A DNA stretch of 64,000 nucleotides from Neodothiora populina. Its lineage: Eukaryota. A model generated the notes under the pieces. The model saw only the letters and a program-made list of their open reading frames with translations, was not told the origin of the DNA and ran no database searches. Shown here piece by piece: positions 11,398 to 22,537 of the stretch; position 1 is the stretch's first letter; each line of letters opens with the position of its first letter. The stretch covers positions 1-64,000 of the forward strand of contig NW_027191406.1 of NCBI RefSeq assembly GCF_041146345.1. The letters are read 5' to 3'. The translations under genes were made by a program, and so were the position numbers.

Positions 11398-13086
11398 ATG
11401 TCAACGCTGTTCCGGTCACCTCGCAATGCATGGTACATGGTTGCTTGCCTCGTCGGCGTACTGGTCTATTACAAACTCGTGCAAGGTGCTAGTTATAGCG
11501 CACGAGCTGCATCTGATGAGGACGTGACAAAAGACACATTATGGACCAAAGCTGGAGCCCGGATGCGACATCCTATCGAGTATCTGGTACACAAATCTCA
11601 GGACGAATTCGACAATATGCTGGGACAGCAGTCCAAGGATCTGACCGCTGCTGTCGAAGAGTATCAGCGCAGATACAACAGGAAGCCACCGCCAGGATTT
11701 GATCAGTGGTTCACATTCGCCACGTTTCATGGCTCCCTCATTATTGACGAATTCAATGACATCCACAACATGCTTGAACCGTTCTGGGAGGTCGAGCCGG
11801 ATTTGCTCCGTCGAGCAGTCAGGACAATTTCCAAGAATGACGATGATGCGATTGGATATGTCAAAGTGGAGAAATTGGAGGTTCACAAGAACAAGACAAC
11901 CTGGATTGGCGATGGACTAATGGGCCTCATTACTGATTTTGATATTAAGCTTCCTGACCTGGAGTTGATGGTTAGTGGTGCCGATGAGCCAATGCTTCTT
12001 CGGTCCAGTGCATCTCATGGGATCGACAAGGACGGAAGCATCCGTCAAATATCTCGCAACGGCCTTACATGGGCTGATATCCAGAAGCCCTGCGAGTTTC
12101 GTGCTTCTTCCAATTTGGCGCAGGCGCCTAGGTGGAAGACAGCAGACATACCACAAAGCAAACTCCACAACCTCCCTTTCGTAACAAACAAGTATGACGA
12201 GACAGACTTGTGCAAGCATCCAGAGTACAACGAGATGCACGATCTAGGACGTTCGTGTGCGGATGACAAGACTAAGGTGTATGACGGGCTTGTTCCTATA
12301 TTCTCGCAAGCAGCACCATCAACATATGGTGATATTTATTTTCCTACGGTCCAGTACTGGGGCGGAGGTCAATTGCCTATACACGACCGGCTTCCATGGG
12401 ATCAGAAAAAGAACGCATTGTACTGGAAGGGCTCGACGACAGGAGGATGGGCGCTTGAGTCAAACGATTTTCACTATTTTCTGCGCCATCGATTTGTCGA
12501 ATTTGTCCAAGGGCTCACACATCCGACCTATAAGCTCCTTCAACAGTCGCGCCTAGGCTACTGGTACGGCGCGTCTACCAGCGAGCTCCCAACAGACAAG
12601 TACAACGTTCATTTCTCGGCTGTCATCCAGTGCAAGCCCGAGTCCGAGTGCAAAAAACAGCAGGAGTTTTACAAGATGGGGGCTTACGGGGCGAAGAACG
12701 AGTCTTTGGGCTACAAATTCATTATGGATATCGATGGAAACACATTTGCGAATCGATACTATCGATCCCTGTCGTCAGGCAGTGTTGTGCTCAAACAAAC
12801 AGGTTTCCGGGAATGGCATGATGAACGTCTGTTTCCTTGGGTTCATTATGTCCCCATCAGCATTCATAACGACGAGTTGCCCGAGGTAATGCGCTACCTG
12901 ACTGAGACCGAGAAAGGACAGGCCTTAGCCAAGGAAATCGCAGGCAGAGCAAACCACTGGGGCGCACGTGTTTTGCGGAAGATCGACGCTTCTGTCTTTA
13001 CCTATCGACTGATGCTCGAGTATGCGAGGCTGATGCAAGACGGTCGGCATAATCTAGGATTTGACCTTCCTTCCGATTTGCCTTAG
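11398..13086 (+). CDS. Glycosyltransferase family 90 (CAP10/Cxt1-like, probable xylosyltransferase)
   Basis: Intronless ORF with an N-terminal TM anchor and motifs HPIEYL, EYQRRYNRKPPPGFDQW, LYWKGSTTGG, YKFIMDIDGN and EWHDERLFPWVHYVP. Confidence 0.93.
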   Translation: MSTLFRSPRNAWYMVACLVGVLVYYKLVQGASYSARAASDEDVTKDTLWTKAGARMRHPIEYLVHKSQDEFDNMLGQQSKDLTAAVEEYQRRYNRKPPPGFDQWFTFATFHGSLIIDEFNDIHNMLEPFWEVEPDLLRRAVRTISKNDDDAIGYVKVEKLEVHKNKTTWIGDGLMGLITDFDIKLPDLELMVSGADEPMLLRSSASHGIDKDGSIRQISRNGLTWADIQKPCEFRASSNLAQAPRWKTADIPQSKLHNLPFVTNKYDETDLCKHPEYNEMHDLGRSCADDKTKVYDGLVPIFSQAAPSTYGDIYFPTVQYWGGGQLPIHDRLPWDQKKNALYWKGSTTGGWALESNDFHYFLRHRFVEFVQGLTHPTYKLLQQSRLGYWYGASTSELPTDKYNVHFSAVIQCKPESECKKQQEFYKMGAYGAKNESLGYKFIMDIDGNTFANRYYRSLSSGSVVLKQTGFREWHDERLFPWVHYVPISIHNDELPEVMRYLTETEKGQALAKEIAGRANHWGARVLRKIDASVFTYRLMLEYARLMQDGRHNLGFDLPSDLP

Positions 13087-13204
13087 TTCGAGGTCTCAAA
13101 ACATTTCATATAGAATATTCACAATATAAATTTCCTTTCCGTCTTATAAGCATTAACTCTGGCCCCCCAATTACTCGAAGCAGCAGGTAGCCTTTGATAT
13201 GCAC

Positions 13205-14393
13205 TTATAGTTGGTTCAAGGCATCGTATCTACCCTGATCCACACCCAAGACGCTCCCGTGCCTCAAATTGGATGGAAAGTTACTGCGATCGCTATCTGT
13301 CCACACGTCGGAAGTTGCAGGATCCGCATTCTCGAACGGTCGATATCCATCATCACTAAAGTAATCAAGCAAGAGATGTGCTAAGCCGTCTTCCATGTTG
13401 TCCAGATAAGCTGCGGGCCCTTCGACACCACTGCGAATGATCGCATCGGGACCCCCTGGCCGGGTCCAGGCGTCGTTGGCTCCGACATTGAGACCAGTGG
13501 TTGAAATCTCCATGTACACGTTGGTCGCGGTCTCGTTCTTGATGAATCGCGCGTATGAATTCGTGGAACCAGATTCGAGAGGCAGGATATTGAGATCAAT
13601 AATCGAGGAGGATCCTGTATCGATGAGCGTAGCGGGACTGCTGAAAGACACAAAATCGATGGTGTATGCGTATCGTATAACAATATTCGTCGGCGGTCCG
13701 CTATGATCGACATCATCTGCCGCGTACTATACAAGTCAGAGGCAGATCTCGAAGGTCACAATGATCTTGGGAAGACAGTGCTCACGAATTTCGAGGCCCA
13801 ATGAACCAGATATGCATTTTCAGCAGGATCCCAGATTGCGTCTGGAGCCCACACCATGCCTGCGTCATCATTTTCAACCTTCACCAGCCGCTCTGCGCTC
13901 CAGTTGACTAGATCAGTGCTTTCCCAGATGTAAATACTCAGAGATCCATTGCGCTGCGATGCATCCCATGTGGTCTTGGACTCAGTTAGCATTGGCAACT
14001 GATTGAACGACTTGATCAACTTCATGTTTTCCTCAATACCTTTGCAATATCTAAGTCAGTACCAATAATGTACCACTTGCTACCGGATTCGTCGCCTCCC
14101 CCAGTGATCAGGGAGGGATCTCGCACACCACCTGTGCCTCCACTTGGGACAAGGATCGGCTTCCCGCCGTTCAGAGCGCGAAACGATAATGCATTGTTCC
14201 CGTTGCTGAGATAGAAATAAACCGATGGTTCATCACCAAGGAAGAAAGTTCCAAGATATCCAACAAGACTTGAGTCTGCTCTAGCGTTAAGTTGCTCGAA
14301 ATCAAGGGACTGATATTCCGTGGGCGCCGCCGTCACAGTCGATACAAGTCCAGTGAGGGAGAGTAAGGCAATGATATTAGTTAGGCCTCTCAT
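13205..14393 (-). CDS. Secreted glycoside hydrolase family 43 (arabinofuranosidase/xylosidase-like), spliced
   Basis: Signal peptide MRGLTNIIALLSL; beta-propeller motifs GGVRDPSL, YIIGTDL, WESTDLVNWS, MVWAPDAIWD and EGP across GT-AG-separated exons. Confidence 0.88.
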
Positions 14394-15398
14394 TGTGATA
14401 GTAGCAATTTTGAACGAAAACACCTATGCAAGCTGATATAGGTAGTATACATGGGAAGATACAAGGGACTCGTACTATACCTTAAATACAGCGCAGAATA
14501 CTATACTACTTACCGAGGTTCTTATATTGCATGATGTACATCCATATTTCACGCAGTATTCGAGGTCAGGTTTGCATTGATCTTTTGGCATCTAGTGATG
14601 ACGGTATACCAAGACAGTCCCACAATACTGCAGCTCTTTTACCCGCCTTTTACTTAAATAAAGTGTCAATGAGGGGTAAGCTGATCTTCTCGTGAACCCT
14701 GGCCGGTTAATATATGCTTCGACAAGATAGCAATAATGTATGCGACGTTAAGGCATACAATCTGCGAAACTTACATAACAGTCGATCTGGGCGTGCTTGC
14801 ATCGACGAAGCTGTGAACACACCACGCACAGGCAGACACCACGAAACATGCAATGAAGATAGATCCACAGCTATGTATGGTACCTACAGTACCAGACCTA
14901 TGGAGAAGAATGGTCTCCGGCTGGGGGTTCTATTGTTCTTGTGTCTCCCCGCAAACAGACAAATTAGAACACAGGAATCGACAGCTTAGCAAAGCTTAGC
15001 AGAGCTACTGTTTCCCTCTCACTGCCCCTTCTCAAGTGCAATCTTGGCCGCTGCAATATCTCGAAATGTCGAGGCGAGCATACGCCTAGGTAACGTAAGT
15101 CTATGCTATCAGTATGCAGTAGGCAGGGCGCAGACTCAGCGTTGTATCTCTTCAAAATCTGACAGTATGGAAGTCTTCGCATTTTTTCGAGTCACAGTAC
15201 TGTGCAACCAGTCATGCTCTTAATTGTTTCGTGACTCTACTGACGCATGGCGATCTTCTGTGTAAGTCTAGACCAGACTCGAGCAGCGGATTCTTGGTAA
15301 GAGAAAGCCATCACATTGAAGATGCAGCGTTTTGACAGCAGAAAGACATATGGTGTAATAGTATCAAAGATGTCGTGGAACGAAAGTGTACAAACTTT

Positions 15399-15535
15399 AG
15401 TCATTAACCATTCACTCGGTAGTCATTCACTATTCGTTGAGGGTTCACTGTCAATTCATGCGCTCGTTAATCAGTGCCCGCTGAGAAGTTATTGACCATT
15501 CATTGTGGAGTGATTGACCATTCATCAGGGAGTCA
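15399..15535 (+). repeat. Degenerate 11-bp-period array, copy 1 (12.5 units)
   Basis: agtcattaacc|attcactcggt|agtcattcact|attcgttgagg|gttcactgtca|attcatgcgct|cgttaatcagt|gcccgctgaga|agttattgacc|attcattgtgg|agtgattgacc|attcatcaggg|agtca, with no indels. Confidence 0.85.
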
Positions 15536-16391
15536 AAGACCTTCCATGAAAGAATTATTGCATATTCATCGTAGAGCCATTTAGCAAATACGAGCTCTTT
15601 GTAGTACAAAGCACTGGCCGAGATCTTCGTTAAACAGACTGTATCCCGTATCAACGCCCCACAGCCTGTCTTGTGACCCTAATATCAAGTACCTTAGAGG
15701 CCTCAGATTGACAGCCAAGATATCGCCCCGGATGATTTACGATCCTTTCACCTTATACTCGGGCAATAACAAAAGACGTTATCTTCCGTACGGTGATCTC
15801 CTTGGCGCCCATCTATGAAACAGAAATACACTCGGTGCACGCAGTCATGTAGATTTCCCACAGTCGTTACTTGATCTGCGGTGCTGAGGCTACAGTGGGA
15901 CTCGAATGCCTCTGCCTACTTACCTTACAGTACATCATTGTGTCATTATACACAAATCATCAAGACGTTGCTGCTATGACATAGCCTGCACAACAGCATT
16001 ACCATACAAGGTTGTCACTAATGGACCATGCGGACAATGTAAGGCTTCGATCTAACAACTATTTATGTACTGGTAATCACGATCATTCCTTGCCCGATGC
16101 ACGAGAGTTGTGTCATGGTTAATAATGGAAGTGCTACTTGAAAATTGTTTCAACAGACGCTGTTTATTTATTGCCTTGTACGCAGCAAGTGGACGACGTC
16201 CGACTCGGTTTGTACAGGATTTCTGACGTGCTTCACAGGAAAGATGCTGACACTGTTACATATAGACCACTGGAGCGAGCAGAGCTTCCACGCCGCAACT
16301 ATCATACCTACAACAGGACTGTCGAAATCGGTACTCTCCATACAACAATACAGCTTTAGTGTGATACTGTTCCGGGCTGTGGAATGATCCT

Positions 16392-17221
16392 CTATGAGCT
16401 GGCATCCATGGCAGGAAGGTAGATCTCAGCGATGCGCCAAACCTTGCCACCCTGGAGCATTTCGATCCCGGTGTGGTTTGCACCACCTGAAGAAGTGAGG
16501 GTATCACCGAAAGTAGTATCTGCTGACCGGAGGGTGATGGTTGTGTTCAGATAACGTTGGGAAGAAATGGTTCCAGTGCAGCTGTCATCGCACTCGGTCC
16601 CAGTTCCATATCTATAGGATACGTTAGCTCATTGTTGCACTTCAACAGGAGCAACGAAAGATCTGTTCTTACCCAGTCATGTAGGGGCCGGATTTGTGAG
16701 AGAAGGAAGAGTAGTAAGCACCCGTGAGGGCATTGGTGACGTTTCTGTACCATGATGTCAGTCTAATGCATGCAACCAAGAGTTATTTCAACATGTTTGA
16801 CTCACTGGACCCAGGTATCTTGATCAGCCGCAAGGTTGTACTCGATCCGGACATGGTCGTCGCCATTAACAGGAGCAGCGTCCGCATCGAGTTGTCCGAA
16901 GCTACCGAAGAGCGAAGCGCGGACGCACCATTGCGAAGCATCGGCACCGCACCAAGAGTTTCCTTGAGGCCATTGCTCTAGTGTTGTCTGGACCAGATCA
17001 CCAGTACCATTCGACATTCCAGGCCACAAAAAGAGTTCGCCATTCTGAGTCTTAGGTGGAACACCTGGGATCAAAGTAGTAACAGCATTGATGATGTTGG
17101 ATTTGGTAGGGCCGAGAGACACTGCGCCGCCCCAGGAGTCGTCACGTTTGCTGATGGGGGTTGGCGATGCGGACACTGCGACAGCTGCAACAGCTACGGC
17201 AGAGAATACAGAGACAAGCAT
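16392..17221 (-). CDS. Small secreted protein, possible concanavalin A-like/peptidase G1-like fold (3 exons)
   Basis: Signal peptide MLVSVFSAVAVAAVAVSA and a KR processing site; LFLWPGMSNGTGDLVQT and WCVRAS motifs. Two GT-AG introns extend the frame to ...GTGTECDDSC...WRIAEIYLPAMDASS*. Confidence 0.8.
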
Positions 17222-17792
17222 TTTGAGATATTGAATGTAGGTATGAATGAACGTAGAGGTGAAGGGCCTGCCCTTATCGGTTAAGGATTCTTGTCGGAAA
17301 GGAATGGTACAAGACGAGTTCTGAACGGCTGAGGAGAGGGGAGTGCAACACATCAAGCGTTCATCAGTCCATTATTATCCAGCTAGACACAGCTCGCTAA
17401 AGTGGTGTTGTTATTCTTTCATGTCTGCACTCTACGCGATTCACGGTACGGCACTTTATTTCTGGTAAGCTACAGGAAAGCCGGCTGTTTCAGCCTTCTC
17501 AGAGCCTTAGATGCCCGTTAAGTCGCGTGTCAGAATCAAAAAGCGAAATTGATCACAGCTCAAATGTAGACCTTTCAGAGAGCAAAAGACTCACGCGTTA
17601 GTTCCCAGAATAGAAAAAGGACGATCCTCACTACCGCATTTATGTTCAGGTTGAGTACCGATGTAGTAATACGAGATAGGAGATGGCTGCTACAAGTATG
17701 GTTTCAGAGAACCTGGAGAACTGATCTTGGCACTCTCCCTCCCCTTGACCACTGCGGCTCAAGTCGCTGCATCTACTCCACCTGACTAATTA

Positions 17793-17993
17793 TGATTCCC
17801 TGATGATGGGACAATGACCATTTACCGAGTATATATTGACGCTTTAACGGATAGTCAATGACTCGGTAACGAGTGATGAACATATATCTGATGAATGCCC
17901 AATGATTTTTTAGCGAGCAGTGAATGACTAACGTATGAATAGTCAAAAATCCTCAGCGAAATGTGAATGACTACCGGTAAATGGTCAATGACT
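17793..17993 (-). repeat. Degenerate 11-bp-period array, copy 2 (~18 units), inverted relative to copy 1
   Basis: Reverse complement reads agtcattgacc|atttaccggt|agtcattcaca|tttcgctgagg|...|agtcattgact|...|ggtcattgtcc|catcatcaggg|aatca; both ends match the ends of copy 1. Confidence 0.85.
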
Positions 17994-18043
17994 GGAAACA
18001 AGCTCCTTTGTGTGGAAGACCAGGTATCTACTCTATGAATAGT

Positions 18044-18195
18044 GCAAAGGGATAACGACTGAGGCTTCTTGTAATGTCAACATACAACCTCTCGTATGCA
18101 CTCAATTCGGTGCTTCAGCAAAGGGATAACGACTGAGGCTTCTTGTAATGTCAACATACAACCTCTCGTATGCACTCAATTCGGTGCTTCAGCAA
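18044..18195. repeat. Perfect 74-bp tandem duplication
   Basis: 18044-18117 is identical to 18118-18191, with GCAA microhomology at the ends. Confidence 0.95.
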
Positions 18196-19053
18196 GGTGA
18201 GCTATACCTGTACCTTCTTCAGAGGTACCTTGACTTAGGGCTTACACGGTGTTGGGAGGGAATCGGCCGACGTTCTACTGAGAGCCTAACTTCCGCAGCC
18301 TACTCTTAGCTCAATGCAACGCCATTCTCCACGATACTGTGCCGTGCCTCGAAATACCCTGATTGTTTGTTCTGTGTGTGTTTCGTGCTTTACCTATACC
18401 CTGCCACAACGCTTCGCATCGCATAACGCTGGCCTTCACCGAATGAGATGGTCATATTGGCTTCACCCTGCTTAATATTACATCCACTATAGGTATCAAT
18501 ACGACGTGGCGCCATAGACATCTGTCTTCCTGATCATATCCGCGAGCAAAAGGGGTCGACATTCTATATGGTGATATCTAGAGAGGTGACGGGTTTGATC
18601 AAGACACCGTATGATAGTAAGGTATCCCTATCGGCTTGATGTCTATCATTACTGTACTTGTACAAGCCGCTTCCAAAAAAAAAAAAGGCTTAGTCAAGCC
18701 TCCCATGCGGCACTTTATGGGACTTCACCTACAATGAACAAACCCTTGAGAATCCATGGATTCCATATGTCAAAATGCTAGACTGACAATGAGACCAGGA
18801 ATACAGGCAAATACAACTAGCCTGCTACGGCTCACAGCCCTTTGTCATAGTTTTGCGACTCGATGTCGTTCATGACGGATCGCAGTACTCCGTACAAGGC
18901 TTGGCTTACTTCACAGACACAGTTAGCAGCGATAAGCGATAAGATAACACGCTTATCGCTTCCACTGTACGGTTGCATACCACCATCACCGACGACATCA
19001 GTACGCAATATACCAGCTTCTCTTGCAGACTCGACATATCCCCCGTGATAAAG

Positions 19054-20544
19054 ATGGACGAGTCAACTATACAACGAGTGAGAGGTATCATCGATTCATA
19101 TACGGCTAAAGGTAATGGCATACCATGTCTGTCCTGCAGCATAGTAGATAGGACTGGTGCCAGCATATTCTCGCATGCAAGCGGGAAGCTCGGGGTAGAC
19201 TCTGCGGAATCGGTGACGCAGACGACGCTCTTTTGGTTCGCCTCGTGTACGAAGCTGGTGACTGCGATTGCAGCGATGCAATTGGTCGAGCAGGCAAAAG
19301 TAGAGCTTGACGATGGCGAAGAACTTGAAGGGTGGCTACACGAGTTAAAGGACAAAAAGGTCCTCGTTGAGACTGATAATGGGCAATTGCTTCAGGAGGA
19401 AAAGAATAAGAATATCACATTGCGTATGCTTCTCTCACACACAGGTAATACTCTTTCAGCCAATCCAAAAGTCCTTTTCCAGTTTGCAACAAGTCATGAC
19501 CACTGACGGTAGCACTCCAGCTGGTTTTGGCTATTCCTTCTCTTCCGCCAAGTTGGAAAAATGGAGCCAAGCGAAAGGCGGCATTGACGAACTTACCAGT
19601 GCACACACTGATGTCTTCACGCAGCCGCTCCTTAATCAGCCAGACATGAAGTGGGAATATGGAATCAATATGGACTGGGTTGGCCTTCTAGTCGAGCGCG
19701 TGTCTGGATTATCTTTGGCCGCTTATTTCCAAGAACATATCTTCACGCCTCTAGGAACATCTGGTCTCACTTTCTTTCCTGATGTTGAACATGCGACACT
19801 GGCGCAACTGAGCCAGAGGGACGAGAAAGGTGTTGTTGTTGCGCGGGAAGGCCAATTTGGTCATGTACTACAGTCACCGTTTGCTGCAGTCTCCGAAGAG
19901 CAGAGAAGCAAAGTACTATGCGCTGGTGGACATGGCCTTTATGGCACGCCAACGGAGTACTGTAGTATGTTCGGTCCTGACGCTCCCTTCTATGTAAACC
20001 TGTCTGACACACACAGAAATCCTCGCTACCATCCTCAATCATGGCGTTGATCCTGTTGGCGGAGCTCGACTACTACAAGCTGCTACAGTCGAGCAAATGC
20101 TTGAGAATCAAATACCTCACCAGCCGAACTTTGCGCGCGATCTTGCTCCGTCCGCTAAGCCAGACATCGTGAGTGATGACGACGAGACTTTTTCGCAACC
20201 TGGAGATCCACCACAGGGTTGGGGCATATCCTTCTTCAAGTTGCTTGCCGATGGTCCCCATGGCTGGCGCAAAGGCACTGTTTGGTGGAGCGGCGTGGCG
20301 AATCTGGTATGGTGGATTGATATGGAGAGCGGAATCGCTGGTATGGTAGCTGGCCAGATATTACCGTTTGGAGGTCAGTCCATATTTCATCATACACTTG
20401 AACTCATCGCCTCTGTATCAATATTTACACAGTAGACCCATTTTGTAGACTGACTTTTTTTGCCTGGTAGATGATGACTTCTTCAACTGTCAGCATGAAG
20501 TAGAGAGTGTGGTTTATGAAGCACTAGTCCCAAGGAAGGCATGA
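19054..20544 (+). CDS. Beta-lactamase/transpeptidase-fold serine hydrolase (EstB/LovD-like), 4 exons
   Basis: Catalytic SxxK motif (FASCTK), plus ITLRMLLSHT-AG, WEYGINMDW, GGHGLYGT and WWSGVAN; GT-AG introns near 19445, 19964 and 20373. Confidence 0.92.
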
Positions 20545-20681
20545 GAGAAGATAACAAGGTATGTGTGTCCATGTTTCATTAGGTTCTTATCGTACAGACT
20601 CCAACTTGAATGTAGAAATTGAATTAGCGACAAGGCCTATATACACTCGCAGATGTCACTTTTCGTCCTTGGAAGAATTGA

Positions 20682-21713
20682 CTATGCCGGGGTATCGTCT
20701 ACTCGGAGCAAAACTTTCCCGAAACATGTGTGATCTGCTCTCCTTTTATGTGCGCTTGCAATATCCTCAAACGAAAAGACCGAATCGATAGGCATGCGAT
20801 ATACTCCGCTTTCAAGATTGTCGACCCAACCTTGAACAAGTTCTGGCGTTCGTGGAGTGCCATCAACGCCACCAATAGTTAGACGGACAGTGGGAGGGAT
20901 AAGTTCCATAGGATGAGGATAGCCGGGGACAGATCGGTCCTCCCGTAACGCTGTCTTCATTGACACAGCTTGATCGTTCAGGATGCCAGTAAGGCATACC
21001 GTTCCGAATGGCCGAACGGATTTCAGTGATTCGCTTAGTCCACTGACACCAAGCATCTCTAAGGCTAAGTCGACTCCAAAGGGCATGATAGCATGTATCT
21101 GCTCCACTAATGTGCCGTCGTCGACGACAACGTGATGTACTCCATGTGCAAGCAGCTTCTCTTTCTTACTGGCATCCCTGCTGCTTGCAATGACCGTGGC
21201 ACCTTGTGCTAAGGCCATCGTCGCTGCTGCAAGACCAACGCCGCTCGTGCCTCCGCGGATGAAGAGAGATCTTCCTGACAGATCACCGAGGGATCGTAAG
21301 CTCCCTGCAGCAGCTGTGAAGGAAGCTGGTATTGCAGCAAGAGTTCGGGAGTCCAGTGACGTTTGGACGGGGAAAGCATCAGCCGCGTCAACGCAGATGT
21401 ATGTAGCCCAGGCACCATTTCTGGTGTAGCCGTAGCCTCCATATCCTCCGATGACCCTCGTGCCAATGCGAGTTGTGTCGTCAGGCGACGCCACAATCGT
21501 ACCAACGAACTCGTTACCGAGGATGAGTGGAAGTAGTGCCGTCGAGACGCCTTGTCGAGTAGCTAATTCTGAGGTGATGACTGTAGTGTATTCAACCTTG
21601 ACAAGGACCTGTCCTGGCGCCACCTTGGGCACATCTACTTTTGAGAGCTGCAGAGTATCGACTCCTCCAGGAATGTCTATAGCGACCGCGTCCATGGTAC
21701 TGGGTAGACTCAT
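20682..21713 (-). CDS. MDR-superfamily NADPH:quinone oxidoreductase-like protein (intronless)
   Basis: GroES-like N-terminus (PGQVLVKV, LGNEFVG), Rossmann motif RGGTSGVG and C-terminal GKVLL; lacks the Zn-binding cysteines. Confidence 0.9.
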   Translation of the reverse strand: MSLPSTMDAVAIDIPGGVDTLQLSKVDVPKVAPGQVLVKVEYTTVITSELATRQGVSTALLPLILGNEFVGTIVASPDDTTRIGTRVIGGYGGYGYTRNGAWATYICVDAADAFPVQTSLDSRTLAAIPASFTAAAGSLRSLGDLSGRSLFIRGGTSGVGLAAATMALAQGATVIASSRDASKKEKLLAHGVHHVVVDDGTLVEQIHAIMPFGVDLALEMLGVSGLSESLKSVRPFGTVCLTGILNDQAVSMKTALREDRSVPGYPHPMELIPPTVRLTIGGVDGTPRTPELVQGWVDNLESGVYRMPIDSVFSFEDIASAHKRRADHTCFGKVLLRVDDTPA

Positions 21714-22289
21714 TGTGAATTTCACCAACAATGACTCTTTCAATCAAGTATAAAAGCTGGTTGTAATGTGCCTAAACATGCATGTGTGGTGTTAATTGAA
21801 TATAAACATATCTTATTAAGTCATCAATCTGCCGGCTCGAATTACATATAATGTTTACCTATCCTGAAGGCAGATAGTATATGGGCAGCCGGCGCTGTCC
21901 GATCGCTGCGGCTAGGTACCAGTATCATCTATCCAAGTCTGTCGTCTGGAATAGGAACGTCCGTACCATAGTCTATAGAAGATATCGCATTGGTGGGGGA
22001 CGCGTTGAACGCATGTGCGGGGCGCCGCCGGGGGATGTACGCCGCCGCGCCGAAGGCTACTCCACGTTTTCGTCCCTAATAATACTAGTATGCACCGTGT
22101 CACTCAGTCAGCCCACCTTTGTACTTGAAGTTCTTCCTGTGGACGCATGTCGGGGGTATCCGCGGCCGATATATTCTATACCGTTCGGGTTACTCTTACG
22201 TTATCTTGAAAGCGCACTTCTGATGCTGTCCGGTTCACATCCTCAGAAATGGACGCTATAGATCCTTCACGAAAGGTTTCTTGGCAGAC

Positions 22290-22420
22290 ATGATAAGAGA
22301 TACCCGTCCCTTCGGAAAGTGGTCGGAAAGTGGCCATTCATGTAACCGGACGCGGAAAGTATCGATGGATGCCTATGTAGCCATGTAGTTGATTACCTTT
22401 GCCATACGGATAGATAAGAC
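22290..22420. promoter_or_regulatory. Candidate Zn2Cys6 (three CGGAAAGT) and GATA (two GATAAG) sites in the divergent oxidoreductase/NCS1 promoter
   Basis: CGGAAAGT at 22313, 22324 and 22353; GATAAG at ~22292 and ~22413. Confidence 0.4.
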
Positions 22421-22537
22421 GAACCCTAAGAATGGCAGATATGGCATCTATAAGATGACGAGTGACGAGCGATGCGATGCTAGGGCGGTCAGCAGTTACC
22501 CAGAAACAACATTTGATACTCGTCTTCTACTACTGTA

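Noticed and set aside
15399..15535. 11-bp arrays or LTR direct repeats as a CRISPR-like array
   Set aside because: No repeat-spacer alternation, no cas genes, and a eukaryotic context.
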